Origin: Octopus bimaculoides
Taxonomy: Eukaryota
DNA: 64,000 bases
Direction: 5' to 3'
Assembly (NCBI RefSeq): GCF_001194135.2
Contig: NC_069000.1
Coordinates: 44,819,916-44,883,915, forward strand
Below the pieces are notes generated by a model. That model did not search any database and was not told the DNA's origin. It saw nothing but the letters and a program-made list of their open reading frames with translations. Made by a program: the position numbers and the translations under genes. Shown piece after piece: positions 47,167 to 63,955 of this stretch; the stretch's first letter is position 1; the number at the start of each line of letters is the position of its first letter.

Positions 47167-50100
47167 ACACACATATACATACATATGGTTATAGACACAT
47201 ACATGTACAGTCCTCTTTTCATGCTGGTATGGGTTGGATGACATGACAAGAGCTGGCAAGTCTGGAGGCTGCACCAGGCTTTCGTTGTTTGTTTTGGCAG
47301 GGTTTCCATGGCTGGATGCCCTTCCTAACATGCCAACCCCTTTAGAGAGTGTACTGGGTGCCTTTTGTATGGTACCAGCACCAGCCAGGTCATGGAATAA
47401 GTTGCAGGACAAGACTCCTTGACCGAGGGGTGAGTAATATTAAGGAAGGTGGCTTTGTGCCATGAGATGAGAGGTTAGAGTGTGAGTAGAGGAAGAGAAG
47501 GGGGTGTCTGGCAGTAGAGGAGATACATGGCTTCCTCGGTTGGGAGAGAGAGATAGCGAAGAGGAAGAGAGAGAGAAAAGAGAGAAAGAAAGGAGAGGGT
47601 TTGGTGATAACTTTTAAAACATTAAGGGCCATTGGATGTTTACAAACTTGCAATTCAGTTACTCCAAGAATTCTCACCAAAATTCCTTCACACAAGTTCA
47701 ACTTGTAAGAGATGTCTCCTTTATTCTAGAAAGAAAAAGTAAGAGAAGGCAAGGACCAGTTTTAGGGATCAGACAATCTTTAATGATACTTACCAAAACT
47801 CCAACCTGGTGGTGGTTCAACTTGCAAGATGAAGTCCCCTTTATCATAGAGTGGAACAAGATAGTAGCCATTGTTGGGGGCACAGTCTGTTTGATATTTT
47901 ATACTTCCTTGTAATGTGTACAGTTTCATCTGACGAAAGAACAAGACAAGAATTGATGTGAAGAAGAGAATCTTTTGTTGTAAATGTTCAGGGATTAGAA
48001 AACTAACAGACAAGTCAACTAGTTAACCCATAACCCTGAGGGAATAATAACAAATTAAGAGGGGCAGCTGGGTTCTACTAAAATGTCTTAAACAAACAGG
48101 ATAATATATCTTATCTTCAGACACAAAATCATTTGAATCTACAATGTTACAACCAGAATTTCAGAACCATAACCTTAGAGACACTTAGCCTCATTTTCCA
48201 GAGAATTCTTTTTTTTTAAATATTTAGCCATTTGATACCAATCTACTAAAGACTGCTCTGATTATATGATAATAACTTCAGGTTTGAAGTGGCTTCAATT
48301 AAAACCTTCCATCAAAATTTCATGTCAGTTTACTAAATCCTTCATTTTGTTCAAAATTAAGTGAAACAAGAGCAGTGTCTTTCAACAGAAATATGGTAAC
48401 AAAAGATTTAACATCATCTAATCTAAAATCTTCCATCAAAATTTTATGTTAATTGTGTCCCAAATACTAGATTAATAATTTTAAAGTTATTTTATGAATT
48501 CCTTCATTATTTTCAAAATTAATTGAAACAAAAGCAGCATATTTCAACAAAAATACAGTAACAAATATGTTAATGAAGAAAATTAGTAAAGATTTCATTC
48601 GTTGAAATATTATAAAATTCAAAATTCAAAAATGAGGAAGAGATTCATAATCTCAAAAAATTATAATAATTATCTTTTATGACTGCAGGCATGGCTGTGT
48701 GGATAAGAGGTTTGCTTCCAAACCACATGGTTTTGGGTTCAATCCAACTGTGTGGCACCATGGGCAAGACTGGCCAAAGCCTTGTGAGCAAATTTGGTAG
48801 AGAGAAACTGAAAGAAGCTCGTGCATGTCTCCTTGTCTTGGCACAGTGTGATGAGTGTCACCGCCATACAAGCTGTGTCCTTCATTTCCAATAGTCTTCC
48901 GTGAGAACAGGTCTAGTTATGGAGAAATATTACTTCGCTTGGGAACAGGTGATAGTTGACTACAGGAAGGGCAGCTGGCCAAACAAATCTGCTTCAATAA
49001 ACTCAATCCAATCCATGCAAGCATTGGTAGTGGACATTAAAACAATAACAATGACCATATGTAATGGACTGTGTTCTGTAATCAGCTTTTATAAGATATA
49101 GGGTCCTAACTGCTAACAAGATTATGAAAAGGAAGCATTTTCATTTTGAATAAAAAACTTATTTGATCAAATCTGCAAGTTCTATCAGCCAAAACTATGT
49201 CACAAAAAGTCCAGTGGGTGACAGGAGAGTATGTCAAACCGAGACGTACCTTTGACATAACTCAACAGAGGCTGCAGGCTAAGAAAACCAGTTTAATCCA
49301 GATTAGCTTTAACCGAACAGATTATATAATCTGTTCGGTTAAAGCTAATCTCGAGGATTATAACAAGTGGATAATATATGTACAATGGGATGAAGGTGAT
49401 ACAGATTTCAATGACTGGGTAAAATAAGTGAATGACGACATGTTATTAAAAAGGGTGGAGAAAACATTGGCAGTATTTAAAAATATTTTAATCAGATTTA
49501 ATATTTAGATTTGGTGGTCCTTACGTTTTGGACACAAAAACCTTAACAAGTAAATATGAGTTAATGAGTTCACATCTGAATAACTAGAAAATATTTGTTT
49601 TTTTAATTCCAGTTCTGCCCTGATTGAATAGAACTATAGATAAAAGATACTCCAGCCGTGACCATCCCATAGTATATATCTTTCTTTTACCTTTTACTTC
49701 ATTCAGTCATTGCTCTGCGGCCATGCTGGAGCTCCATCTTGACAGGTTTAATCAAATCGAATCTACCCCAGTACCGTTTTTTTTTCTCCCTAAAGTCTGG
49801 TACTTATTTTATTGATTTCTGATGCCAAACCACTAAGTTATGGGGACATAAACAAACCAGCACTTGTTGTCAACTGGTAGGGGAGGGACAAACACACACA
49901 TACGCTTTGGAGAGAATATTAATATTAAATTAATATAAAGCGGCGAGCTGGCAGAATCGTTAGCATGCCGGACAAAATGCTTCGCAGCATTTCACCCGTC
50001 TTTACGTCCTGAGTTCAAATTCCACTGAAGTCGATTTTGCCTTTCATCCTTTCGAGGGCGATAAAATGAGTACTAGTCGAGCACTAGGGTTGATTTGATT

Positions 50101-52175
50101 GACTTAGCCCTGTCCCCCGAAATTGCTGGCCTTGTGCCAAAATTTGAAACCAATATCAAATTATCCTATTTCCATTTAATAACATTTAAGCATTTACATA
50201 TTCGTTTCACGTATTTGCAACGCCGAAAACGGGTGGTGTGCGTGTTGTTTACCTCCACCCTATACACAAATATAATTTATGAAGTCTCTATTCCAAATCA
50301 TACTTCATCATAACAATATCTTATCTTTATTATTATCACCTACAATTACTCAACAGTTTTCGTCGTAAATAGGAGTTGTATAAAAATATCATGGCTTATA
50401 GGAAATACTGAAACGAAAACAAATGTTCTTTACCAGAGAAATGTTAATGCTGCGATTCCAAGCACAGAAAGTCTATACTTTCTGCCAATTCTCATATATC
50501 GTTACATCTCTTATATATAATTTTTTACAGCTGTTTTTTAATGTTATCAACAAAACCGTAATCTACACCCTCCAAAACATGTAAGCGAACTTACGATTAC
50601 CCAGAACATTCCAAAATTAAAGGTAAATATCGTAAAACCCAAAGAATGCTTTCATGGGATTATACAGATAACTGGTTCTCCATAAAGTAAAAATGAGAAT
50701 GAAAAGTTGTTTTTGGTAAGATATTAAAAATATCAAGAAAAAGGCCAGTATTTTAGCATCTGTACAAAAAACTCATGGATAAGTTTAATAATTTTCTATG
50801 ATCAGACACTCACTCAGCCCCAAATTCATTAAGCAAAATCGAGATTAAGGTCATTAACAGTTTTCAACTAAAGTATTGGTGACCCAAGTTAAGTGATATC
50901 ACTACAGACTTGAGCTCACCCCACCCCACGGCTTGTTTTGCCTATAAATTTTCTTTAAAACGCATATTTTTTAATGAAATGTTCTTGTGATATATTTTAG
51001 ACGATGTAGATTATGATTATGTCGGGAAAAAGTTGTAAAAATGTTTGGGTATGACATTAAACTGCATCCGATGATGAGAATCCAGTTTGGTTGTTCTGGA
51101 GTTGTAGGAGCAAGGCGGGGTCACCTCTTCATTATCATTACTCCCAGGTCCGTTCTGACCCGGAACAGTGGTGTACCTGTCAGGGTCCCATGTATGAGTT
51201 AAACAGATTCTTGTAAGGGTTAATTGAGCTCTTTATCTCCGGTGAAAGCGATCAATTTAGGAGATGGAAAACTCCAAAATTAACACCCTCTTCCAACATG
51301 CTTTAAGCCAGCAAAGAAGAATGCGGCTGTTGAGGCCAACATGTGGTATGTCCAACATGTCTACTATGGAAGAAACTATCTCATATTAATATGTATTGTG
51401 CCGCAGATGGAGATGGCAGGAAATGATGGTGATGAACAAGAACCAGGAAAGAATTATGTTTGAATATTGTGGAAGAGTTCCAGAAATCCTTCTCACCCCC
51501 AGTTTTGTTTTCCCCGTAACTTTCTTTCAAGCGCATGATTAATAATGAAAATTTCCGATGATATATTTTAGATGGTATAGCTTACGATTATATCGGTAAA
51601 AGTTGTAACAAAATTTATTTTTCGTGAGTTTCCGACAATTCTCTGGTTGTCAAATTCGTTTCCACATAAATTTCCTCTTTAAAGTATTTTTTTTTTGTAG
51701 ATTATGATTTAAAAATTGTTTTCAAATTTTAACAAAATGATCGTAATCTACAGCCTCGAAAGCACATCTCTAGAAAATTTCGTTAAAAAATATGCTGTTT
51801 TAGGAAAGTTATGAGGAATCAAAAATCATGGGACGGGGCATGTTTCTGCAGTTATACCGAAGTGTTATACATATTAAACAATAGGGTAAAAATTGGATAT
51901 TAATTAATATCAATTTAATACCATGTAACAAGCACATTAAAAGAATCAGGGAGGTTCAGAAAAAATCTGAGATCTCAAACGATTATTGTATATGTATATA
52001 TAAGAATATATAAAGATATATGTAAAGGAGGCCACTAGGTGGACTGCTAGTGTGCTAGAAGAAGATCACATGTCATGTGTCTACTAAGACCGAATAATTC
52101 TTGCCCGATTTACGTTTCTGTTGCTTCGCTAAATCCCCTTTGAGAATTATTCGGTCTTAGTAGACACAAGAAGTG

Positions 52176-52209
<34 letters not shown>

Positions 52210-53417
52210 AGAGAGAGAGAGACCGGTGCTTTAACATGTTCATAAGAAAAAAAGAAACAAAACCTTATGGAAACGTTTCATAATTCCTTAACAATTCTCT
52301 TTGAGTTTGGCCCTAAGCCAACTCCAAAGCTACTGATATAATAATAAGCTTTATATAATATACTTCGCTGACAAGAGACGGGCCACGAGGCTTCAGATTT
52401 CGAGGTTTGAAGAACCAAAAATAACATCTTAGATTACCTTGAGGGCCACAAATTAATACAACGAGAATATAATCGATTGAAGCGACCTTAATACATGAAC
52501 TGCACTTTTCATTATCGAGGTCCCAAGGTGGAAAGAAAAGTAAAGTTGACTTAGAAAAGGGTGCGACAGAATTCAAGGATTTCGTCCTATGAATCTCCAT
52601 TAAAAGTTAACCATTGTTTTTATATATTCTTGCCATTTTTTTAACGAAATTACTTCGATATTCTTCACATTTACCAAGTTGATGATATTTCGTCCGCTGT
52701 CCTGGCATTTCTGACATATTAGTTATAATCGGTGGAGCAACAATGGTAATTGTATCTAACATGGGCACAAAGGTACGAAATTAGGAGGAGAGATACATGA
52801 TATATGGTTGATATCTAGATATTAACCGATATATATCCAAGTACTAGTCTGGTGTTTTACTTATTATCGACCCTGGATAGTTAAAAAAGAAAATTGGCGA
52901 CAGCCGAATTTGAACACAGAACATAAAGAACCAGAAGGAATACAGCAAAGCATTTCGTGCGACGCTCTTACCGTTCTTTGATGCCATCAGCTTTGAATGA
53001 TGGGTTTTAATTTAGGCACAGAGGCAGTACGTTTGAGGGTAGGGGCTAGTCGATACCATCGATCTAAGTATTTGGTTGATATATTGTATTATGTTGAGTC
53101 TGAAAGGATGAAAGACAAGGCTGACTTCGGCGTGGTTTGAACTCAGAACTTAAAAAATCGAAAGAAATACAGAAAGGCAGAATGCTGTCCGGCGCTTTAA
53201 AGGGCCTGCCAATTAATACATTGCAATTAATAATAATAATAATATTGCGATAATAATAAAAAAAAAAAAAGATGCTTGGACTCACCTCAACAAGAGAGAA
53301 ATTGATTTCGACGTCGGATTTGACGAAACCTCCACAACCTAAAACACTGTCACACAGGGACCTTGTGGGAATGTAAATAAATAAGAAGAAAAAGCAGATT
53401 AACATTTCCCCCAGCAT
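17873..53417 (-). CDS. NOMO1: Nodal modulator (NOMO1/2/3 orthologue; BOS complex subunit), complete 31-exon CDS, 3609 nt / 1202 aa
   Basis: 31 GT-AG exons join in frame from ATG (53417) to TGA (17873). The translation follows recalled human NOMO throughout (GCGGFVKSDVEINFSL, KYQTDCAPNNGYY, PFYKGEHITFDV, NRFCLSQPGVY, SPGRYFLRPMMKEYRFEP, CYGRVSSLNGEPE). It has an N-terminal signal peptide and a single C-terminal TM helix. Confidence 0.96.
18617..18730 (-). CDS. NOMO1: NOMO exon 30, TM helix (RRLLDQDLNQTSFLLLPFALMVLGAIYMAYKFRHNLSK)
   Basis: cag/gtaagc, 114 nt, hydrophobic helix. Confidence 0.92.
19515..19634 (-). CDS. NOMO1: NOMO exon 29 (GYNLRLESSLSRSMYDYQLPEYNFVADTAYKHFTFKFDPK)
   Basis: cag/gtaaga, 120 nt. 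Confidence 0.93.
20645..20746 (-). CDS. NOMO1: NOMO exon 28 (VVLYKDESPDSPTYSVTLGATSFFYLPSLPTDHK)
   Basis: cag/gtaagc, 102 nt. Confidence 0.93.
20961..21071 (-). CDS. NOMO1: NOMO exon 27 (VENEDLVNVNIIAFRRLNQMDISGNVITPNEFLSHLK)
   Basis: cag/gtgagt, 111 nt. Confidence 0.95.
24700..25003 (+). mobile_element. (GAT)n-tailed modular retroposon copy
   Basis: Same body and tail as 2068-2430. Confidence 0.72.
25280..25363 (-). CDS. NOMO1: NOMO exon 26 (PNVTYKIQLKKVENNHLERSAPKSSLHT)
   Basis: tag/gtgggt, 84 nt. Confidence 0.92.
25903..26044 (-). CDS. NOMO1: NOMO exon 25 (CYGRVSSLNGEPEPGVLVEAV...DGTYRIRGLS)
   Basis: cag/gtgagt, 142 nt. Confidence 0.95.
26637..27025 (-). mobile_element. Full-length abundant tRNA-derived SINE (head GCAGGAGTGGCTGTGTGGTAAG; tail TGACTGAAACAAGTAAAAGAATA)
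   Basis: tRNA-like head with internal (TA/TG)n; partial copies at 19255-19420, 36905-37070, 39420-39600, 46760-46915, 48680-48830 and 58800-58955. Confidence 0.75.
27179..27306 (-). CDS. NOMO1: NOMO exon 24 (SPGRYFLRPMMKEYRFEPATQMISVEEG...GFREAYS)
   Basis: cag/gtaact, 128 nt. Confidence 0.95.
28608..28724 (-). CDS. NOMO1: NOMO exon 23 (VVDENNNYLSSVLLSLSGDNQYRSNNLIKENGMMVFSSL)
   Basis: cag/gtaagt, 117 nt. Confidence 0.94.
29088..29214 (-). CDS. NOMO1: NOMO exon 22 (LGPLHGDKKYSVEASKTGYVLT...FKALQLGEISVT)
   Basis: cag/gtaagg, 127 nt. Confidence 0.94.
29329..29650 (-). mobile_element. tRNA-derived SINE with CORE-like middle domain
   Basis: Head GGTGGCTCAGTGGTTAGGGCG...GAGTTCGATTCCC, then TGTGTCCTTGAGCAAGACACTTTATTTCAC; 3' half shared with 44494-44870. 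Confidence 0.72.
29835..30050 (+). mobile_element. Mariner-derived MITE, both TIRs present
   Basis: ta-caaaggggtcctgaaaaattcc ... gggacttttcagcacccctcg-ta. Confidence 0.78.
31856..32189. mobile_element. hAT/Charlie-like MITE
   Basis: Ends caggagttctcaacc and ggcgagaaccacag form imperfect TIRs. Confidence 0.45.
32345..32507 (-). CDS. NOMO1: NOMO exon 21 (ESCPGEVAHFVGKVGIFITGKIEPALQGV...TDQNGVYR)
   Basis: cag/gtaaaa, 163 nt. Confidence 0.93.
32760..32842 (-). CDS. NOMO1: NOMO exon 20 (NNEHLEIQVASDVLLFSPNHMEVTIQG)
   Basis: cag/gtgagt, 83 nt. Confidence 0.92.
33296..33448 (-). CDS. NOMO1: NOMO exon 19 (SSLVKSPIVIGPL...FQYHFSYWAK)
   Basis: cag/gtatgt, 153 nt. Confidence 0.92.
33767..33865 (-). 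CDS. NOMO1: NOMO exon 18 (SHPVVLSLTAVKHKMVGIITTEKLDKTIVVMLK)
   Basis: cag/gtaagt, 99 nt. Confidence 0.92.
34041..34189 (-). CDS. NOMO1: NOMO exon 17 (NFAHENKEGSVGSFALKKGTNRFCLSQPGVYRLTTDSCHRFEKDIYTYDT)
   Basis: tag/gttagt, 149 nt. Confidence 0.94.
35515..35651 (-). CDS. NOMO1: NOMO exon 16 (VAPLQDNWCWKEKSQEIEI...FSQTGFILKCGLSHEITL)
   Basis: tag/gtcagt, 137 nt. Confidence 0.93.
36503..36566 (-). CDS. NOMO1: NOMO exon 15 (LKDSPKKASFEFENILPGKYK)
   Basis: tag/gtaaga, 64 nt. Confidence 0.92.
37303..37373 (-). CDS. NOMO1: NOMO exon 14 (ENCGTIGLSLDPISMIGEDKKVIM)
   Basis: cag/gtaagt, 71 nt. Confidence 0.9.
37622..37740. repeat. 29-bp tandem repeat x4 (CATGGATTAGGAGTGTCAAAACATGTCAA)
   Basis: Directly visible, one variant position. 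Confidence 0.92.
37965..38106 (-). CDS. NOMO1: NOMO exon 13 (AFLSTQEIKAGLHLYP...DFSQFRAKVSGVITCI)
   Basis: tag/gtgagt, 142 nt. Confidence 0.93.
38460..38735. repeat. Long polypurine (G/A) low-complexity tract
   Basis: About 275 nt almost entirely A/G on +, directly after the NOMO exon 12 donor. Confidence 0.9.
38745..38922 (-). CDS. NOMO1: NOMO exon 12 (RFSVCGKVNIDEIPKG...GHFCAMFKSGKYIFK)
   Basis: cag/gtattt, 178 nt. Confidence 0.92.
39671..39870 (-). CDS. NOMO1: NOMO exon 11 (GSGIGGAKVSVSGKQMAVTNEDGSYHLENMKAGKYTI...KITPNTPHLHDIIAS)
   Basis: aag/gtgagt, 200 nt. Confidence 0.93.
41058..41114 (-). CDS. NOMO1: NOMO exon 10 (KEFQVAGFSVSGRILDSVK)
   Basis: cag/gtaaga, 57 nt. Confidence 0.92.
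41856..41945 (-). CDS. NOMO1: NOMO exon 9 (IPFYKGEHITFDVVPEKMVFQVKHSSVVLP)
   Basis: cag/gtaagt, 90 nt. Confidence 0.95.
42528..42656 (-). CDS. NOMO1: NOMO exon 8 (LVTDCEKTPVKSLKNGDNSICHMSSKEDGTFNFASLPTGQYYL)
   Basis: cag/gtgagg, 129 nt. Confidence 0.92.
43440..43514 (-). CDS. NOMO1: NOMO exon 7 (GHVFSEGEPIKGVNFLLYSDTVDPQ)
   Basis: cag/gtaagt, 75 nt. Confidence 0.93.
44313..44390 (-). CDS. NOMO1: NOMO exon 6 (SEIKVTVGSDNVFISDDLVVAGYDVN)
   Basis: cag/gtaagt, 78 nt. Confidence 0.92.
44494..44870 (+). mobile_element. Full-length tRNA-derived SINE
   Basis: A-box TGGCCCAGTGG, degenerate B-box, tail GTCGTAACCGACAGAGTGCCA. Confidence 0.75.
45368..45440 (-). CDS. NOMO1: NOMO exon 5 (FYYFRKVLPGDYIIRGQHPIWKFEK)
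   Basis: cag/gtaaaa, 73 nt. Confidence 0.93.
45667..45773 (-). CDS. NOMO1: NOMO exon 4 (VLSKGEKTGPGNVKLSLMTADGSEVLQTTVSKEAD)
   Basis: cag/gtaagt, 107 nt. Confidence 0.92.
46265..46365 (-). CDS. NOMO1: NOMO exon 3 (EPESVRLHVDGSTDKCSLGEDINFQFKGFSIRGM)
   Basis: cag/gtaagt, 101 nt, phase 1 to 0. Confidence 0.95.
47794..47929 (-). CDS. NOMO1: NOMO exon 2 (MKLYTLQGSIKYQTDCAPNNGYYLVPLYDKGDFILQVEPPPGWSF)
   Basis: cag acceptor, gtaagt donor, 136 nt. Confidence 0.95.
49300..49351. repeat. Perfect 52-bp palindrome
   Basis: agattagctttaaccgaacagattat|ataatctgttcggttaaagctaatct. Confidence 0.95.
53286..53417 (-). CDS. NOMO1: NOMO exon 1 (MLGEMLICFFFLFIYIPTRSLCDSVLGCGGFVKSDVEINFSLVE)
   Basis: Signal peptide plus GCGGFVKS motif; donor gtgagt; alternative in-frame ATG at 53405. 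Confidence 0.93.
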
Positions 53418-53526
53418 TGTTTCGAAGAGGTCTTCTTCTTGGTGGAAGCGGTAAAAGAAAGGAGCCGAGACGAACCAAAGACGGCGAGGATTGTGTTTCT
53501 GGAGGAAAGAAGAAATCAGGGAAGCA

Positions 53527-53536
53527 CACTTCCGCC
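53527..53536 (-). promoter_or_regulatory. ETS/GABP-type motif GGCGGAAGTG in the putative NOMO proximal promoter
   Basis: About 110 bp upstream of the ATG in a CpG-containing patch; motif typical of housekeeping promoters. Confidence 0.45.
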
Positions 53537-54800
53537 GGTTAAATAAGTTACACTAGAGTTGTGTCCCCTTGGCTAATTAAAAAAAAAAATTTCTAGCAAT
53601 AAAAAAGACGACGACGAAGAAGAAGATGGTGGTGACGACGACGACGACGATTGGTTCTGATTTAGGCAAACGGCCAGCAATGTTGGGAGTAGCGGGTGGT
53701 CGATACCATCGACTCCAGTACTTGATTGGTAACTTAGATAGGTTTCGGCCAGTATAGGGCCCAGGCCAAATGTCTACTTTATTTTATCGACCTCAGCGGG
53801 ATGAAAAGCAAATTTGATTTATCGACCCCAAAAAGATGAAAGGCAGCTGTTTTATTCAAAGTTTCTAATTCCGTTGAGTATGCAAATTTATAAGTTAAAC
53901 ACATTAAAATGACAACACTTACCTGGCCATATATATATATCTAGGTTGAAACACAGAATAAACTGCCTGCATCGGTTGTCAGGACAGAGCATCCTCCAAA
54001 CAATTCCGTGCTTCCCAAAATTCACCAACGCTACTCCTGATGCTCCTCCTGCGATTCTTTCCTTCTGACATTTCTTTTACTGTTCACTTTCCTTCCTTTT
54101 TTTTGTATTTAAAGCTTTCATTGCTGTCTCTTCCTACTTGACTTATGGCAGCTTTCTGTCCCTCTTTTAACCTTTTCCAGCAAGTTGTAGTGCCCCACAA
54201 CACTATATACAACAAACTCATTATTAGTATTATGACACTGCCCTTCCCCTTGAAAGGGACACCAGTCCATTGCAGGAGTAACTTCCCATCTTATTCCTGG
54301 AACCCATTTACAGCTGAATCGACTGAAGCAATGTGAAATGAGAACACAACACACCACCTGGGCCAGAAATCTTATAATCATGAGGGAAACACCCTAACCA
54401 CAAGGTCACACATTTCCCTAAGGGGTTAGGATACTACTCTTCATATTTCTTGTTGGAAAACTGAAATAACATGTCTTGCCAGGGGCAGAAATTGTTGACA
54501 AATTATCTGTAAAACAGGAGAGATATTTATGGAAATAGAAATGATAAAACAACAACAATGGTTACATCATTTTATGTCGGCTTTCCATGTTGGCATGGGT
54601 CAGGTGAGTCATCAGAGTTGGAATCAGTTTACATTTGAAGCAACTGCCTTCCCAGAAGACAAGAGACTATTTTACACATATGTTTTGCAGCCATGCATGT
54701 CTGGCCCTTTTAAGAATACCCTGATATGTTGGGCAATATGATATGCTTGAAAAGGCCTGTTGAGTCAAGTAAAACCAATAACATAGCTGTGGTTAGTGCC

Positions 54801-55420
54801 CCCTGACTGGTTCCCGTGCCGGTGGCACATAAAAAGCACCATCTGAACGTGGTCATGCCAGGCCCACCTGACTGGCTCCTGCGCTGGTGGTACATAAAAA
54901 TTACCAGCCGATTGACTGATGACAATACCCCCTGACTGGCTCCCCCTATGCCAGTGGCACGTAAAAAGCACCATCCAAACGTGATCGATGCCAGGTCCAC
55001 CTGACTGGCTCCCCCTATGCCAGTGGCACGTAAAAAGCACCATCCAAACGTGATCGATGCCAGGCNNNNNNNNNNNNNNNNNNNNNNNNNNNNNNNNNNN
55101 NNNNNNNNNNNNNNNNNNNNNNNNNNNNNNNNNNNNNNNNNNNNNNNNNNNNNNNNNNNNNNNNNNNNNNNNNNNNNNNNNNNNNNNNNNNNNNNNNNNN
55201 NNNNNNNNNNNNNNNNNNNNNNNNNNNNNNNNNNNNNNNNNNNNNNNNNNNNNNNNNNNNNNNNNNNNNNNNCCCTGACTGGCTCCCCCTATGCCAGTGG
55301 CACGTAAAAAGCACCATCCAAACGTGATCGATGCCAGGTCCACCTGACTGGCTCCCCCTATGCCAGTGGCACGTAAAAAGCACCATCCAAACGTGATCGA
55401 TGCCAGGCCCACCTGACTGG
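54801..55420 (+). repeat. 69-bp tandem array derived from the retroposon module, interrupted by an N-gap (55066-55272)
   Basis: Units start at 54931, 55000, 55274 and 55343; degenerate units lie upstream. Confidence 0.9.
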
Positions 55421-55883
55421 CGTCAAACTGTCCAACCCATGCAGCATGGAAAACAGATGTTAAATGATAATGTTTCATTCATGCAGAGTTTCTACAGCTA
55501 GATGCCCTCCCTAACACCAACAAGTCAACAGAGTGTACTCGGTGCATTTTATTATGACATCAGCACTAGAGATGCCAACAAGTCCTCAACAATTCGAAAC
55601 CATTTCCAAAGCAGGCATTGGTGCCGGGTACAGTCCTCTGGTTCATATTAAACTCACCAAACCATGCCAGCAAGAGAACAGGGTCGTTGAATGAGTATGA
55701 TGTCTGAAATTGGCTCCATAAAACAATCAACATTTTTATGTGTTACATCGAGGTTGAAATAAAAATCAAGACAAAACAGTTTTAGATAAAAATTTTGATT
55801 TTCTTTTATACAAAAAAGAAGTTTACAATAGATATCTGCATAAAATCAAAATCCTGTACATTGCTTCAAAGATGTTAACAGTT

Positions 55884-55889
55884 TTTATT
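55884..55889 (-). terminator. Candidate TMEM209 polyadenylation signal AATAAA
   Basis: tttatt on + about 750 nt past the stop codon; usage not demonstrated. Confidence 0.4.
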
Positions 55890-56006
55890 ACACACACACA
55901 ATTTCTAAGAGATTAGTTTTAAACAACCTCAAAGAAATATTTGTGTACAAAAATACATTTTCTTCTGTAGCAGTACTGTCTCCCACTAACACTTTGTACC
56001 TCCCTA

Positions 56007-56041
<35 letters not shown>

Positions 56042-56638
56042 TATACATATATATATGTGTATATATATATAAGTATGACACCAAATTTGGGCTCTTTAGT
56101 GGGGTCCAAAATCTACCCCAGTATCTAGTATAGTAAGACATGGGGTACCAAACTCAGTTTGCTTGGCTGAGAAATTTTGTCACTCTCTCCATATTCGCCC
56201 ACCCTTGGGCCTTCAGACCCCCCCCCCGTTTCAGTCTCTTTGAAATTCCCTGAAGAGGGTGTAAGAATTTTTGCCAGTAAAGACAGGAAATTCTTTGAGC
56301 AAGAAATAATGGATCAGCCCACCAGATGGCAGAAGGATACTGGAACGAAATGGTAATTATATCATTCGTAGAATATAACACATTGCGTTTAAAATTTGTG
56401 TCTTATTTTTGCTTTAAAAAACCCCCAGATAGAGGTTTTAGCCAACCCAATATACAAATGAAGAGAGAGAGAGAGAGAAAGTCGAAAACTTGATATAGAT
56501 TCTTCGGAAGACAGAAGCAGGGAGAAGTATTTCTTGTACAAAGGTGTACAACATTGTGATGATGTAAATGCACCTGAGTCATGAGTTCAATCCCAGGTAG
56601 GAACATCCAGCAAGGAAGGTGATGGGTGATATGTTGCT

Positions 56639-63564
<6,926 letters not shown>

Positions 63565-63741
63565 CTTAACAAACATAAAAAAAAAATGGGGAAACAAACA
63601 TAAATAACCAAAAACAAAAACAAAAATAAATAATGAGTGATGGCTGTGGAATTCACAATTTAAATATTTCTAACTTTGGGTTTAGAATGAAATCAATCAA
63701 CCATGACCCATCTGCACAATATTATTATTAGTTCAACCCTT

Positions 63742-63955
63742 AAGGCAGTGAGCTGGCAGAATTGTTAACACACTGCGCAAAATGCTTAGTGGTGTTTCAT
63801 CCATCTTCATGTTGAGTTCAAATTCCGCGAAGGTCGACTTTCCTTTTCATCCATTCAGGGTCGATAAAATAAGTACCAGTTAAGCACTGGGGTCAATGTA
63901 ACTGACTATCCCCCGCTCTCTTGAAATTGCTGGCCTTGTGCCAAAATTTGAAATT
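63742..63955 (+). mobile_element. tRNA-derived SINE copy
   Basis: Matches the 147-355 family. Confidence 0.75.

Noticed and set aside
50400-52000. AT-rich segments with repeated gtaatctaca motifs and a LINE-5'-like stretch at 51100-51350
   Set aside because: Probably old TE fragments, but the boundaries and family could not be supported from the sequence alone.
54931-55420. CRISPR-like appearance of the 69-bp array
   Set aside because: Units are contiguous with no unique spacers, there are no cas genes, the context is eukaryotic, and the unit matches a retroposon module.
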